From Octopus vulgaris (lineage: Eukaryota): DNA of 64,000 bases. Shown here piece after piece: positions 63,166-64,000 of the stretch. The translations under genes were made by a program, and so were the position numbers. The notes beneath the pieces were generated by a model. It searched no databases, was not told the origin of the DNA, and worked only from the letters and a program-made list of their open reading frames with translations. The stretch's first letter is position 1, and every line of letters begins with the position of its first letter. Location of the stretch: NCBI GenBank assembly GCA_951406725.2, contig OX597827.1, positions 80,352,001 through 80,416,000 on the forward strand. Direction: 5' to 3'.

Positions 63166-63385
63166 CCCTTTTGTTACCATATTTCTGTTGAGATGCTCTG
63201 GGTTTCTTTCAATTACTTTAAATATAACAAAGAATTTAGTAAAATAAATTAGTTATCCTTAAGCTAGTGTTAGGAACATAAATTGTTACTAGGGTTTGGT
63301 GGAAGATTTCAATTTAAAACTTATGAAAACAAGACATTTGTACACAGAGCCAGAACTGGTTTCAGTCAGGTTAGTAACGAAAGGG
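63166..63385. mobile_element. piggyBac-like MITE (opposite orientation to the 30156 copy)
   Basis: TTAA|CCCTTTTGTTACC ... GTAACGAAAGGG|TTAA; internal sequence is the reverse complement of 30156-30430. Confidence 0.85.
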
Positions 63386-64000
63386 TTAATATGTGATCTA
63401 ACAGGTTGGTTGTGATTTAATTTAATAGCTATAGGTCAGTCTTCCAGAGGATACTGTTAGACATGCTTGATGATGTCAAAGTGCAAAGTGAACATTGTTT
63501 CCACTGGGATTCTCAAGGCATCCTTTGTGTATTACACAAGTTTTCAACAGATCTGCTTTGCTTAACTCATGTTGATATGTAGTCTTGGTCAGCTCTGATC
63601 AAACTAACCCATGGTCTACTAGGAGTGAGTCACTGACATTAGCATAGCTAGTGGGAGCGGTAGAGGTGGTCTGCCCTGGGTAACACTTTTAAAGAGGCAG
63701 CACTTTTGGGTCTGCTGTAGGTAATACATGTTTTTTGTGGGTTTGGGGGCAGCGAACAGAAGGGCTGCCCTGGGCAACACACACACTAGTTATGCAAGTG
63801 GCCAAAGACCATGTGCTTAGGGCTAGTGCTTTCCAAGGCAGGACATGAATTACTTCAGAATGGAACAAAAGGAAGCAACGAGTGAATAAGACATGCAATA
63901 AAGTTTTAATTAAAATTTCTTTTGCCTGCCTGCCTACTTGTCTATCCATCCATCTATCTATCTATAATAGGTACAGCCATGGCTGGGTGGTAAGAAGTCT

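Overview
AT-rich, repeat-dense animal DNA. The SINE, RTE and microsatellite content and the protocadherin sequences point to an octopus genome (inference). From ~16.6 kb to the window end lies a head-to-tail, minus-strand protocadherin array of five units, named here A (53.3-62.6 kb), B (45.0-52.5 kb), psi-C (34.5-43.9 kb), D (25.3-33.3 kb) and psi-E (16.6-23.6 kb). A, B and D are intact. Each has one ~2.4-kb exon (signal peptide, EC1-EC6, TM, proximal tail) and two private small tail exons read by hand, giving 866-871 aa proteins; B and D also have a putative non-coding leader exon, and A's would lie beyond the window. C and E are pseudogenes. Main observations: (1) a ~1.2-kb EC4-EC6-TM-juxtamembrane block is ~99% identical between copies, including inside dead genes, while EC1-EC3 patches, introns and tail exons are strongly diverged, i.e. 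a conversion-maintained constant region with mosaic variable regions and no shared exons; (2) an exact 16-bp element, ACAGCCATTGTCACAC, lies in the leader/promoter of three units; (3) YEEIP and YKN tyrosine motifs are conserved in otherwise diverged tail exons; (4) several templated-insertion or fold-back scars occur in the window. The first ~11 kb appears to hold a decayed Ig-domain gene. The rest is transposon debris (RTE and CR1 LINEs, tRNA-SINEs, Tc1/mariner, hAT and piggyBac MITEs, a Helitron, Penelope-like hammerhead relics). All alignments were done by eye.
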